Shown here: positions 1-8,980 of the stretch, piece by piece
Layout: each line of letters begins with the position of its first letter
Numbering within the stretch: position 1 is the first letter of the stretch
From: a virus
Virus record (IMG/VR): IMGVR_UViG_3300012346_000689
Coordinates: 15,318-79,317 of that record
Reading direction: 5' to 3' (one strand)
DNA: 64,000 bases
The notes under the pieces: generated by a model
Told to the model about the DNA's origin: nothing
The model's database searches: none
Seen by the model: only the letters and a program-made list of their open reading frames with translations
Position numbers and translations under genes: made by a program

Positions 1-1225
1 GGAAGTCCCGTTCCTTTTTTCCCCAATAGAATACCGCGCTAGGGAAAGGCGCGGAACTCGTGTTCCCTTCACCATCAAACTTTAACCGACCTCTGATCAG
101 ACAAAAAGCAGTGCAGCTTTGGGCAACCTTTTGAAACCATGCCGTATCAGTGCGGGAAGGCACTAAGGCGATCGCTTCAACGGCATTCCCGTTAAGCAGT
201 TCCGAGTTTAGCTTCTCAAGCCAGTCTGAAGTCTCAGAATAGGGAGGATTGATATAAACCCGTTTAGCCCATGATTGAGCTAACCCGTCCTCATTGATAG
301 TATAATGAGCCTTCGCTGGTATTTGAGGCTCGTCCAAAGAGTTGGAACACGGGTCCAAGTCAATCTCACCGAGAACACTGACCACCGCCTCTATTATTTT
401 CTGCGGGGTGTAGTGTTCATCAGAGTTTGACGTAAAACACGCTTGTTTCTGACCTAATGGGGGTTCTTTCGCTAATAGAATATCTTTAGTGTCGGCACTT
501 ATAGATCGCTCATCTCCCTTGAGGACAACCCGTCCATTAGGAAAGACTTCCTCGACCTCATAAGTTTCTCCACGATAATCAACCTTACGACCCTCTTCTA
601 TCTCAGGGACTAAATTCTTGACTCGTTCAGTCGTCATTGACCCGTCATCCCATCGCACTACACAGGATTGGTCGTATGCTTCCTCGATCACCCCATCTTT
701 TACACGGTCTCCACTATGGAACGAGTGACTTCTTTTCTCTCTGACAGGCTCTTCCGTGGTCTCCTCTTGCTCCTTCGCTCCACGAATGCGATCACGCACC
801 TCTGCGATCGGCACGGGGCGGGACTTCCCTATAGAGAGAATCTCTTCTCTCACTTCCGACGGCACGGTAGCCCCCGACAGCATCTTGATGGCGGACACAC
901 CTAATAGTCCAAAGTCTGGACGGTCTCCAAAGGTCTCATAGACTGAGATCAGCGAGTAGGCATGACTGCGAGACCAGTCAAACTCTAATTTTAACCACTC
1001 GTCAAAACTACATCCTTGCTCGCGGAGTAACTCGCGCACCTCTGACAAAGCTTTTCCTATCTCTATCAGCCCTTGGGTAATTCGTGCTGACTTCTCGCGG
1101 ATCTTCTCCGCCTTGGCTTTGACTTCAACTCTTACCTCTACCTCAAGGGTTGAGTAATCAAATAAGGTTAATTGAGTTGGTACAAATTGTACCGCTTTGT
1201 GTTTCTCACTTGTTGCTGCTAACAT
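1..1225 (-). CDS. DUF3102-like N-terminal domain fused to phage DNA N6-adenine methyltransferase (runs off the window, 3' end missing)
   Basis: Translated by hand; not in the ORF track because it has no stop in the window. MLAATSEKHKAVQFVPTQLTLFDYSTLE...EWLKLEFDWSRSHAY, then SDEHYTPQKIIEAV, IDLDPCS, YINPPYS (NPPY), LVPSRTDTAWFQ, GRLKF, SAPFPSAVFYWG. Confidence 0.85.
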   Translation of the reverse strand, partial: MLAATSEKHKAVQFVPTQLTLFDYSTLEVEVRVEVKAKAEKIREKSARITQGLIEIGKALSEVRELLREQGCSFDEWLKLEFDWSRSHAYSLISVYETFGDRPDFGLLGVSAIKMLSGATVPSEVREEILSIGKSRPVPIAEVRDRIRGAKEQEETTEEPVREKRSHSFHSGDRVKDGVIEEAYDQSCVVRWDDGSMTTERVKNLVPEIEEGRKVDYRGETYEVEEVFPNGRVVLKGDERSISADTKDILLAKEPPLGQKQACFTSNSDEHYTPQKIIEAVVSVLGEIDLDPCSNSLDEPQIPAKAHYTINEDGLAQSWAKRVYINPPYSETSDWLEKLNSELLNGNAVEAIALVPSRTDTAWFQKVAQSCTAFCLIRGRLKFDGEGNTSSAPFPSAVFYWGKKERDF

Positions 1226-1616
1226 TTTCTAGTTCCTCCATAGTTGTACTCCATTCACCGCGACTGAATACGCGGTGAACGCCTTGGAGCGCTTTGGCTG
1301 CTCTTATCGTGTCTTGAAAACGTGATGAGTAGGTTTCGTCAAACCAATCAATAGGCAAGAACAACCCCAACATTATCAGGTCAAGGACTTGTAAGCGATC
1401 GCCTTGGTAGCCGTCCTTGAAGAAGTCCGCAATCAATTTAATAGTGTCGGTATCAAGGTCAGCCGAATCCAAGAGAAATACAGGGCTCTGCATCCGTTGA
1501 CTAAAAACCGCTCTAGGGTTCTGTAAAGGCACAAACCCATCAGGGAATATGCTACGGAAAGAGGAGTCGGACTTAAGTAGTCCGCAAACGTCATAGGGGA
1601 TCATAGGCTTCTCCAT
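1206..1616 (-). CDS. hypothetical protein
   Basis: 136-aa ORF, overlap-coupled to its neighbours in a leftward operon. Confidence 0.6.
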   Translation of the reverse strand: MEKPMIPYDVCGLLKSDSSFRSIFPDGFVPLQNPRAVFSQRMQSPVFLLDSADLDTDTIKLIADFFKDGYQGDRLQVLDLIMLGLFLPIDWFDETYSSRFQDTIRAAKALQGVHRVFSRGEWSTTMEELENVSSNK

Positions 1617-1822
1617 TCTTCTCTTGTTAATGTTCGCCCGTACATATAGGTTTCTTTAAAGTGGTCGTCAGGTACTGTCAGCCCGTGCCGGAACAGAGAG
1701 AGAACTCGGTCTCTGGGCTCTTCGGGGTACTGCTCACAGTAGATGTTTACCATGAGCGTGGTTTGCTCATCGGTTAGTTTTTCGATGTCAACGGTAAACA
1801 GCCACTGCTTACCTTCGCTCAT
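1601..1822 (-). CDS. hypothetical protein (start reassigned to MSEGKQ)
   Basis: The ATG at 1822 overlaps the TGA of the upstream ORF (ATGA coupling). Confidence 0.55.
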   Translation of the reverse strand: MSEGKQWLFTVDIEKLTDEQTTLMVNIYCEQYPEEPRDRVLSLFRHGLTVPDDHFKETYMYGRTLTREEWRSL

Positions 1823-2313
1823 AGCTCTATCACCCTGCTGAGAATCGCTATCTCCCCGTAAGGGACTAGCAGTCCTTCTGCATATCCTTGGGAGTGGGGT
1901 ATCTTTTGGGTGGGCGCATTCTCCCACTGGAAAGCCACAGCGGTCTTGAGTACCTCTGAAGATATTTGCAATACTTTGCTGTCCGTATATATCAGTACAA
2001 ACTCTGCGCTGGTATCTACAGCCCACCCCTTACGAATGGGAACGGTTTCCCACGTCTCAAGGTAAATTTGATTGCCACGATTGAGAACCAAATAAACCTC
2101 ATATTTTTCCTTTGTCCTGTTACTGGTAAAACAGAAATTGACAAACTTCTGCTTTTGATAGGTAAGAGCAGGGGTGGTGATATGGAAGTCTTTCGAGAAA
2201 TGGCCAATCACTCTAGCCATGATCTCCACTTCCTTTTCAAAATTGACTAAGACCTGCTCTTGCTCGGTCTTCAATCGTGGTTTTTTTGGTCTAAATAACC
2301 TTGCTTTGTCCAT
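1819..2313 (-). CDS. hypothetical protein
   Basis: 164-aa ORF with an upstream GAGG, part of the operon. Confidence 0.6.
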   Translation of the reverse strand: MDKARLFRPKKPRLKTEQEQVLVNFEKEVEIMARVIGHFSKDFHITTPALTYQKQKFVNFCFTSNRTKEKYEVYLVLNRGNQIYLETWETVPIRKGWAVDTSAEFVLIYTDSKVLQISSEVLKTAVAFQWENAPTQKIPHSQGYAEGLLVPYGEIAILSRVIEL

Positions 2314-2418
2314 TCTTCCTCTATGGTTTTAAAGTTGTCTCTGCTGTTGTTTGGATCTGAGTGGAGGCACTCGCGGCATACCTTCTCGCCACGGAATAGG
2401 CTAAAGAAGTGCCAGCAC

Positions 2419-2712
2419 TTAGGACACGATTCTTTTTTGCCATCCCCTTTTTGGGTTGGGGACTTTCTGCCACTCCTCACAGTTGACCTCATAGACGTTA
2501 CTTGCGGGATTGATCCGCCAGTGGACACCCCTTTTGTATGGCGAGTCTGACTCCTCAGACTCTTTGATCCGTCGCCTTAAAGTGTTGGTGTGGACCCCAA
2601 AGAACTTACTCGCTTCCAAGATTGTCCTCCACTGTATCGCTTGAGATTCAAGGGCTACAAGCCTTGCTCTTAGCTCTTGAATCTCAAGATCAAGCCTTTC
2701 TAACTTTGTCAT
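2419..2712 (-). CDS. small HTH protein, excisionase/Cro-like
   Basis: EASKFFGVHTNTLRRRI winged-HTH signature, divergent from the integrase. Confidence 0.6.
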   Translation of the reverse strand: MTKLERLDLEIQELRARLVALESQAIQWRTILEASKFFGVHTNTLRRRIKESEESDSPYKRGVHWRINPASNVYEVNCEEWQKVPNPKRGWQKRIVS

Positions 2713-2822
2713 TTATTACTACCTTAGTAGAAATATTCTACTAGAATAATAGCAAAAAGAGATAAACTTGTCAAGTAGAGTTAACACCTGTTGACATTTC
2801 TTAATACTTAGGTAGTAATAAA
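2712..2822. promoter_or_regulatory. divergent promoter/operator region between the xis-like gene and the integrase
   Basis: Inverted repeat TTTATTACTACCT (2712-2724) / AGGTAGTAATAAA (2810-2822), palindrome TAGTAGAA-ATA-TTCTACTA (2725-2743), TTGACA at 2791. Confidence 0.55.
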
Positions 2823-2847
2823 AATATAAGATAGAAGGTTAAAAAAA

Positions 2848-3948
2848 ATGAATAAATTAAGCTTGTCACAATTACTAGAGATTCAGGTACAGAAATACGG
2901 GTCAATGTCTGAGTTAGCCCGTCAGATCGGGATCAAGGTGGGCACGTTCCACAAGTACATAAGGGGTGAGTCGTTCCCTTCTAATGAGAACCTAGAGAAA
3001 ATCTCTGTGTTTTTAGATATTCCCACTAAATTAGATATAGGTTCTCCCGAAGCTTTGAGGATAGCCTTCTCTAAAGCACAGAGATTAGAGTCTGATTTGA
3101 ACCTAGAGAGGTTTGACTGGTCTGATTGGGGCGGCACAGCCTCAGCAACCCGCAGCAAATCAATAGGGGACGCGATTGCCTTATTTGAGAACGATTATTG
3201 GAATCGGAAGCAAAAGACTAAGAACCGTCAAGAGACTTACAAAATAGACTATACGCGCCCATTCTCCTTCTTGCCTGAAGAGTCTGAGTTGACCGGCTCG
3301 ATGTTGCTGAAGTGCTTATGTGAGTTTGACCCCGCTAGTCGTGACAGGTTGAGGGCATATACTGCCTATGGTTCTTTGGCTAGGTTTGCCGGGATAGAAC
3401 TACCACTTCATTGGAAGGACTATCGTGGTGAGTATAAGCCAAGTAAGAATCGTTACATCCCTAAAGATGCTGAGGTCATTCAAGTTAGAGAGAGTATTAA
3501 AAACCCTGAGTGGCAGTGGGTTTACAGTGTTCTTGCAGCTTACGGAATCAGACCGCACGAACTATTCTTTTTAGAATGGGATCTGTTCCCTAAACTGTAT
3601 ATATTTAAAGGAAAGACTCATGAAAGAATAGCCCGTCCGCTCTTAAAAGATTGGGCCATGGATTGGGCTTTAGACGACATAAAAATGCCCCCGTTTGAAG
3701 GCGTTGAGGAGGCAACACACAAACAACTAGGGGCTAAAGTCACTAAGGGATTTATTCGTCAGATAAAACAATGCTGGACTAATCCTATTGTGCCCTATTC
3801 CCTCCGCGATCGCTATGCCATACGGTGCGCCGAGCAGGGCATACGGGAATCGATGGCGGCTAAATTAATGGGACACTCAGTCAAGATCCATTGTGAGCAT
3901 TATCAGAAATGGATTGATGATATTGACATGGACAAGATTCTCGATTAG
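2848..3948 (+). CDS. int: tyrosine recombinase (phage integrase) with N-terminal XRE-type HTH
   Basis: YGIRPHELF (Arg), YSLRDRYAIR, MGHSVKIHCEHY (His/Tyr) motifs; FDWSDW motif of cyanobacterial integrases; N-terminal SELARQIGIKVGTFHKYIRGESFPS. Confidence 0.9.
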   Translation: MNKLSLSQLLEIQVQKYGSMSELARQIGIKVGTFHKYIRGESFPSNENLEKISVFLDIPTKLDIGSPEALRIAFSKAQRLESDLNLERFDWSDWGGTASATRSKSIGDAIALFENDYWNRKQKTKNRQETYKIDYTRPFSFLPEESELTGSMLLKCLCEFDPASRDRLRAYTAYGSLARFAGIELPLHWKDYRGEYKPSKNRYIPKDAEVIQVRESIKNPEWQWVYSVLAAYGIRPHELFFLEWDLFPKLYIFKGKTHERIARPLLKDWAMDWALDDIKMPPFEGVEEATHKQLGAKVTKGFIRQIKQCWTNPIVPYSLRDRYAIRCAEQGIRESMAAKLMGHSVKIHCEHYQKWIDDIDMDKILD

Positions 3949-4021
3949 GGCAAAAATAGGTCAGAGGTTTTTAGCGTGGTTGAAACCCTTAATGGGAAAC
4001 GGGTTTAGATGATGATAACTT

Positions 4022-4076
4022 GGACTTAAAATCCGTTGACCGCAAGGTCGTGAGAGTTCAAGTCTCTCCGCCCCCA
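4022..4076 (+). mobile_element. attP core: 3' half of tRNA-Leu(UAA)
   Basis: GGACTTAAAATCC anticodon loop, long variable arm, GAGAGTTCAAGTCTCTC T-arm, CGCCCCCA end; no D-arm or 5' acceptor upstream; 73 bp after the integrase stop. Confidence 0.85.
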
Positions 4077-4109
4077 TTGAATCCTAGCCTATTAAAGAGA
4101 GAAATTACC

Positions 4110-4313
4110 TTAACCTTTTTGACCACTTTGGGCGATTTTCTTAGGGCAGAAATAGGTCGGGTTTTCTAATAGGTGGATCATAGCTTTAACCTCTGTTAAT
4201 TCTGTCTGTAGCCTATGGATTGACTCCTCTAGAGACAACTGCCTGATCCTTAATTCCTCTAGAGTTCCTTGGTGGTTAGACACGGTGCGACCCCCTACTA
4301 GTGAAACTGCCAC
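4110..4313 (-). CDS. hypothetical coiled-coil protein
   Basis: ORF in a leftward operon. Confidence 0.4.
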   Translation of the reverse strand: MAVSLVGGRTVSNHQGTLEELRIRQLSLEESIHRLQTELTEVKAMIHLLENPTYFCPKKIAQSGQKG

Positions 4314-4464
4314 GATAAAGGACTATCTGTTTATCGCCTTGCACGACCTCTAGTCCGTCGTTAGACTGAGAAACTCTAGCGATTTGATTCTGAATTGATT
4401 TTTTGAGTTTTGCTAATTCTTGTGTGTAAGTCATTGTCTTTCTGTCCACAATTTGGACGATCAT
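4276..4464 (-). CDS. hypothetical protein
   Basis: ORF in the operon, overlap-coupled. Confidence 0.4.
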   Translation of the reverse strand: MIVQIVDRKTMTYTQELAKLKKSIQNQIARVSQSNDGLEVVQGDKQIVLYRGSFTSRGSHRV

Positions 4465-4871
4465 GCAACTCTAACTATATGCTCATAGACTGTTATCTTA
4501 GCAGACTCTAAAATTCCGAGAGCTTCATTGTAGGGGACATAAATAGGGGTTTCCATTTGATAGGTAGCATCAGCTAGTCCATTTATCAAAGTCTCGACAA
4601 CCGTAGGGAAGACCCCGCTTTTGTCCCAATTCTTGAGATGGATCTCCCAATCTCGTCTCTTGGTGGTAGCGTAAAGCGCGTTCTTTGTTCTAATCTTAGG
4701 TTTGATAATCACCACTTCAATACCCGTCACAACCCAATTAGACGGCGGGTAGTCATACCCATAATCTAGGTGAGGTAATACAGCGATCGCGGGTAGAGTG
4801 CTATTGTACTTACCTAGATAATCGTCAAAGCAGTTAAGTATTAGGCTTTTAAGTTCGGTAGTGGTGATCAT
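4461..4871 (-). CDS. putative tail completion/terminator-like protein
   Basis: Size and pattern (LPAIAV...GIEVVI...WEIHLKNWD) resemble virion tail-completion proteins; weak call. Confidence 0.35.
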   Translation of the reverse strand: MITTTELKSLILNCFDDYLGKYNSTLPAIAVLPHLDYGYDYPPSNWVVTGIEVVIIKPKIRTKNALYATTKRRDWEIHLKNWDKSGVFPTVVETLINGLADATYQMETPIYVPYNEALGILESAKITVYEHIVRVA

Positions 4872-5386
4872 GAGTTTCTTGGTTGCACCTCACGGAAAAG
4901 TAGTTTGATTGTTCCCCATTTAATCCCCTGTTCTATTGTGGCACTAGGATTAGTGTAAAGGTCTGATGGGATGGATTGAATCCCTTTAGGCGACCAATCA
5001 AGGGAGATGATCTTCCCTGATCTAACTGAGTAGCCGTTGCTAATGTCAAGAGGTTCAACACTGATGGCATCGTACACAGTTACTAACGCCTCTGACTCGA
5101 CTAAAGCAGCAAGTGCGGCGTGGTGATAATGAGGATATAGAGTCTCTTCCCTAGAAGAGTCAAACTCAAATCCCCTGACCATCTTTCTCTTCTCCACATA
5201 GACAGAGTTAACCCCAAAAAATAGGGCGTTTACGTCCGCACTCCCATCAACCGAGTTGTTCTCTCTAGCGTATTGAGAAGGTTTACAACTAAACCGTAAG
5301 CGATCGCTCTCGACAAGGCTTAAATAACTCCCAAAGGAACTAACAATAGAAGGGGTTAATTGAATATCAAAATAAGAATAAAGCAT
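4868..5386 (-). CDS. hypothetical protein, possibly virion tail component
   Basis: 172-aa beta-rich ORF coupled to the preceding gene. Confidence 0.35.
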   Translation of the reverse strand: MLYSYFDIQLTPSIVSSFGSYLSLVESDRLRFSCKPSQYARENNSVDGSADVNALFFGVNSVYVEKRKMVRGFEFDSSREETLYPHYHHAALAALVESEALVTVYDAISVEPLDISNGYSVRSGKIISLDWSPKGIQSIPSDLYTNPSATIEQGIKWGTIKLLFREVQPRNS

Positions 5387-5458
5387 AGGTTTCTTTGTTA
5401 CTTAATTAATATTATATGCTTACTACAACGTATTAAGTAGGTGGTGGCTTGTTCGTGC

Positions 5459-5482
5459 TGTGACGTTTTGCGGATTGTCACA
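5459..5482 (+). promoter_or_regulatory. 24-bp palindrome TGTGA-N14-TCACA, copy 1 of 7
   Basis: TGTGACGTTTTGCGGATTGTCACA, 64 nt before the ATG at 5546. Confidence 0.65.
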
Positions 5483-5545
5483 ATCTTGCACACGGGAGCG
5501 GTGTTTAGGTAATAATAGTAATTGTAAAGAGACAAGGAGTAAATT

Positions 5546-5839
5546 ATGGTTGAACATATTACTTATGAAGAATTGACGCGGTTAATCGCGAATAATCAGC
5601 AAGTTAGACTTGTATTTGAACCAGTAGAATGTCAGTTGTATATTTATTTTTACAACAAAGAGCAAGGCGACCTATTAGAGTGTGAATTGTCTAAATTGAG
5701 AAAGCTTGGTTGTGGTTACTCGACACAAATGAGTGATCACTATATGTGGACTATTAGAGGTTATGAGAAAAGCGTTATCAATGCCATGATTGATTACATA
5801 AGAGGTGCTTTGGCAAATGCTGGCATCCCTTTTGTGTGA
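5546..5839 (+). CDS. hypothetical protein
   Basis: AAGGAG RBS, 97 aa. Confidence 0.6.
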   Translation: MVEHITYEELTRLIANNQQVRLVFEPVECQLYIYFYNKEQGDLLECELSKLRKLGCGYSTQMSDHYMWTIRGYEKSVINAMIDYIRGALANAGIPFV

Positions 5840-6048
5840 GCCTACCAAAAGTTAATCAACGAGCTAATCAAATATTAAGGAACAATTCAGAGATTGACAT
5901 TGATCAAGCCCTGAAGATCGTCAATAGTGGGAAACCATATTGCCCAAGATGCGGATCTTTTGAAGTGGTTATGCGCGGAAATGTACGTGGTAGGCAGCGT
6001 TATTCCTGTAAGAAGAAGGAATGCAAGAGAACATTCTATTTTGAATAA
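5836..6048 (+). CDS. small Zn-ribbon protein (IS1 InsA-like finger)
   Basis: CPRCGS...GRQRYSCKKKECKRTF. Confidence 0.65.
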   Translation: MSLPKVNQRANQILRNNSEIDIDQALKIVNSGKPYCPRCGSFEVVMRGNVRGRQRYSCKKKECKRTFYFE

Positions 6049-6050
6049 GA

Positions 6051-6078
6051 ATTAAACCCCTAACAATAGGGGTTTAAT
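6051..6078. terminator. stem-loop, probable intrinsic terminator
   Basis: ATTAAACCCCTA-ACAA-TAGGGGTTTAAT. Confidence 0.5.
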
Positions 6079-6113
6079 AATAGTACAATTGACAATAAAG
6101 CCTTGAGGAAGTT

Positions 6114-6809
6114 ATGGATGTCATAGAAAGAGAGGGATTTTTAGCTTATAGCACGCTACCTAGTTTTAATCGTAAAGTTGACAAGGCTAAAGCGATAATT
6201 AAAGAAGCGATCGCTATTGCTCCGTCTTATGTAGCGGTGAGTTGGGGAAAAGATTCGACGGTATTGCTGCATTTGTGCCAGCAAATAAAGCCTGATATAT
6301 TAGCTATTTACCATGGACATATAGAGCGAGATTTAATATCTAATTATAGTGAAACAATTGATAATTATTGTCAGAAATTTTCAACTAATTTATTAATGTT
6401 AGAAACAGACGACGCTGATGAAAATATGGCAGTAAAAGCCCCTTATCAGCAATATCCAGTATGTTTTTTAGGTATTAGAGGAGAGGAAAATAAAAGAAGA
6501 AAAATAGCTTTAACTAAGTATGGATTAATTCATCAATACCAATCAGGTAAATTGATAGGAAACTGGAGAATAGCCCCGATCGGGTGGTGGACGTGGCAAG
6601 ATGTGTGGAGTTATATCGTCGCTAATGACATTCCGTATTTAAAGGCATATGATGACTCGATAAGAGGTTGGGAATTGTCGAGGACGACTGATCACGTCTC
6701 CAAAAAATTAAACAGACCGTTACATTTTCAGAGATTAGAGGAGTTTAAGCAGACCAATCATGTATATTATGATTATCTAAGAACACATTACCCAGAGGTT
6801 TTTTTATGA
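6114..6809 (+). CDS. CysH/PAPS-reductase-like PP-loop protein (type IV-B-associated kind)
   Basis: YVAVSWGKDSTVLLHL PP-loop, FLGIRGEENKRR, PIGWWTWQDVWSYIVANDIPY; close to the csf operon. Confidence 0.85.
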   Translation: MDVIEREGFLAYSTLPSFNRKVDKAKAIIKEAIAIAPSYVAVSWGKDSTVLLHLCQQIKPDILAIYHGHIERDLISNYSETIDNYCQKFSTNLLMLETDDADENMAVKAPYQQYPVCFLGIRGEENKRRKIALTKYGLIHQYQSGKLIGNWRIAPIGWWTWQDVWSYIVANDIPYLKAYDDSIRGWELSRTTDHVSKKLNRPLHFQRLEEFKQTNHVYYDYLRTHYPEVFL

Positions 6810-7423
6810 CACTGACAGATACTAAATGGGATTTATTTTCAATGGTAAGAATCGGAAAAGTACAAGAGAATGATGGCAGAATTTGTCCCTTTTTAACTCA
6901 GGCAATTGAATCATTACCATCTACAACGCAAGAGTTTATGATGGTTATGAGAGATTTTTATGAGTCTCAAGAAGGTATTTTGTCAGAAACTAATCAGCTG
7001 TATGTTGACGCTTTAAAAGGAAATTTTGATGATGGTACGTTAGGCAAATCTTTACAGGATTTTTATAGTGAGCATACTTTCCCTATGATAGGAAAGTTAG
7101 GAGCTTTTCCTGCTAAGTATATTTTGATCCATGATGCTCATCACATCCTAATTAATGTAGAGACTGATGAACAGGGAGAAATTGATACGATCGCTTTTGA
7201 AGGTGCTTTAATTAACCCTTTGAGTAGTCGTGGAATTGTGCCATTATTATCTCAAATTCGAGCATTTGAGAATACTAATTTTGACGTTATTCGAGTCGCT
7301 AAAGCTTGGGAAGTAGGTTGTAATGTTCGAGGTGATTTATTAGAAACTTGGGATATTTTGGCAGATTTGAACAGTTCTATTTCTAGTTTACAGCAAAAGT
7401 ATAATATTACACCAGTTCTCTAA
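6806..7423 (+). CDS. Coq4-like protein (HDxxH-x11-E motif)
   Basis: GTLGKSLQDF...IHDAHHILINVETDEQGEIDTIAFE; ATGA-coupled to the cysH-like gene. Confidence 0.6.
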   Translation: MTLTDTKWDLFSMVRIGKVQENDGRICPFLTQAIESLPSTTQEFMMVMRDFYESQEGILSETNQLYVDALKGNFDDGTLGKSLQDFYSEHTFPMIGKLGAFPAKYILIHDAHHILINVETDEQGEIDTIAFEGALINPLSSRGIVPLLSQIRAFENTNFDVIRVAKAWEVGCNVRGDLLETWDILADLNSSISSLQQKYNITPVL

Positions 7424-7432
7424 TTAATAGTA

Positions 7433-7455
7433 AAAGCCACCGTAAAGGTGGCTTT
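7433..7455. terminator. bidirectional intrinsic terminator
   Basis: AAAGCCACC-GTAAA-GGTGGCTTT between convergent genes. Confidence 0.7.
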
Positions 7456-7460
7456 GTTGG

Positions 7461-7961
7461 TTATCTTTCTAAAATTAATTCCTTCTTGGTGAGAAAGTTT
7501 TCAACCTTTCCGACATGAGGATCAGATAAAATAGCTTTCGCATTTTCTACCCAAAAATCAGGGTTTTGATTGTTTCTGTACCGTTTTAATCCTCGCCATT
7601 TATGCTCATACATAGGGTAGCGACCAGCATCGGTTTCACCATACATTTTAATTAAATCTTGATAATCGTTAGGCTGATATTTCTGCCACAATTCTCCATT
7701 TGTTAAATTTGAATGACAGAGAATACTACACTCATCATCGTCTGTAGCATCATCATAAAAAAGATTGCCCGTATGATTTTGCAACCATTGCGCTAATTGT
7801 TCAATCATGATTTGTTCCTCAATTAATAAATCAATAGAATTAGATTGGTTTTTTTGTTGATCTAACCACTCGATAGAAGTAGCAGTTAGAGAGAAATTTT
7901 TTCGCCCTGCTTTAGTGCGTGGCTTGCCTAGATTGGCAAGCGATTTGGGGTTATACGGCAT
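7461..7961 (-). CDS. hypothetical protein, N-terminus like small ribbon-helix-helix DNA binders
   Basis: MPYNPKSLANL...NFSLTATSIEWLDQQKNQSNSIDLLIEE. Confidence 0.5.
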   Translation of the reverse strand: MPYNPKSLANLGKPRTKAGRKNFSLTATSIEWLDQQKNQSNSIDLLIEEQIMIEQLAQWLQNHTGNLFYDDATDDDECSILCHSNLTNGELWQKYQPNDYQDLIKMYGETDAGRYPMYEHKWRGLKRYRNNQNPDFWVENAKAILSDPHVGKVENFLTKKELILER

Positions 7962-8286
7962 TAGCTAAATACTTTTCTAAATCTTCTTTGAGAGACTCAA
8001 AAGATTGGTATGTTTGAGACCGTTTTGTTTTTCCTGTTTCAGTTGACAGTTCAATTGAACAAATAATATTTTTCTGCCAACGGAATTGGGATTCCCTTTC
8101 CCCAGTGTGAACAGCGTAATGAATAGAACTATAGTATCGATTTTTGTTGTATTGCCAGCGACTAATTGACACACTAGCGCGATTACATAATTCTAGGATT
8201 TCTGTATAAATTTTTCGAGATTCCCCTTGCAACCGACTTGGAATAATCAATTCGTAATTTTCCGATTCAACTAAAATAGTAGTCAT
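7951..8286 (-). CDS. hypothetical protein
   Basis: GAGG RBS, 111 aa. Confidence 0.55.
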   Translation of the reverse strand: MTTILVESENYELIIPSRLQGESRKIYTEILELCNRASVSISRWQYNKNRYYSSIHYAVHTGERESQFRWQKNIICSIELSTETGKTKRSQTYQSFESLKEDLEKYLANAV

Positions 8287-8348
8287 GGTTTTATCCTCTT
8301 TGTTTTACAATGTTTGATACACAGCCTAAAACTATACCTATAAAAAAT

Positions 8349-8900
8349 CTATAGAGCGTGTCTGAATAACCGGTATTGCCATTTGAAAGCAAGACTTTCG
8401 TTGTAGTATTCTAATTTTTCTGGTGAAGCATCGGAAAATAGAGAATACAGATCGATAAACTCATATAAATTAGGTAGGCTTAGATTTCCATATTTACGGT
8501 TTTCAATTAAATATTTAGCAGACGTACAAGTAATGATCGCATTTTTGATTAGGTTTGCCATTGTAATCCGTTTTGTGAGTTTTGGAAGTCTTTTTTGTTG
8601 GAAATCACTAAGGCAGTCCAACTTTACTAATTTATCGACATCTTTTTGTAATTTGGCAATAGTTTCAGATAATGTTTTTAACATTTCCGCTTTAATGTCT
8701 TCAGCCCATGCGATTTGTTTTTCAGAGCCTTCTAATTTAAGAGATTCTAAGTTTACCTGAAATCTTTCGATCGCAGATTCTAGCCTGTTAATTTGAAATA
8801 TAACGGTGACTATCACAGTACGACTAAAATATTTAGCATTAGCAATCATGTGGTTAAGTTTAGCGTTTAACTGTTGTAATCGTTTTTCTAATCGAGTCAT
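8349..8900 (-). CDS. hypothetical protein with GSEKQIAWAEDI motif (start reassigned to MTRLEK)
   Basis: GAGG RBS upstream; consensus-like TTGACA-18-TATAAT promoter on the minus strand at 8932-8961. Confidence 0.6.
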   Translation of the reverse strand: MTRLEKRLQQLNAKLNHMIANAKYFSRTVIVTVIFQINRLESAIERFQVNLESLKLEGSEKQIAWAEDIKAEMLKTLSETIAKLQKDVDKLVKLDCLSDFQQKRLPKLTKRITMANLIKNAIITCTSAKYLIENRKYGNLSLPNLYEFIDLYSLFSDASPEKLEYYNESLAFKWQYRLFRHAL

Positions 8901-8980
8901 GGGTTTAACCTCTCTACCTGTGTATATTCTAATTATACACACGATTAGAATCATTTGTCAACCCCTAAAATGAAAAAAAA

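Noticed and set aside
668-941. Plus-strand ORFs 668-904 and 756-941, and other short antisense ORFs inside long genes (for example within the TMP and tail fibre)
   Set aside because: They are shadows of longer, motif-bearing genes on the opposite strand or frame.
4022-4076. Functional tRNA-Leu gene
   Set aside because: D-arm and 5' acceptor strand are missing and the anticodon stem is broken 5' of GGA; position after the integrase fits attP.
5836-6048. IS1 element
   Set aside because: Only an InsA-like Zn ribbon; no InsB catalytic domain or terminal inverted repeats seen.
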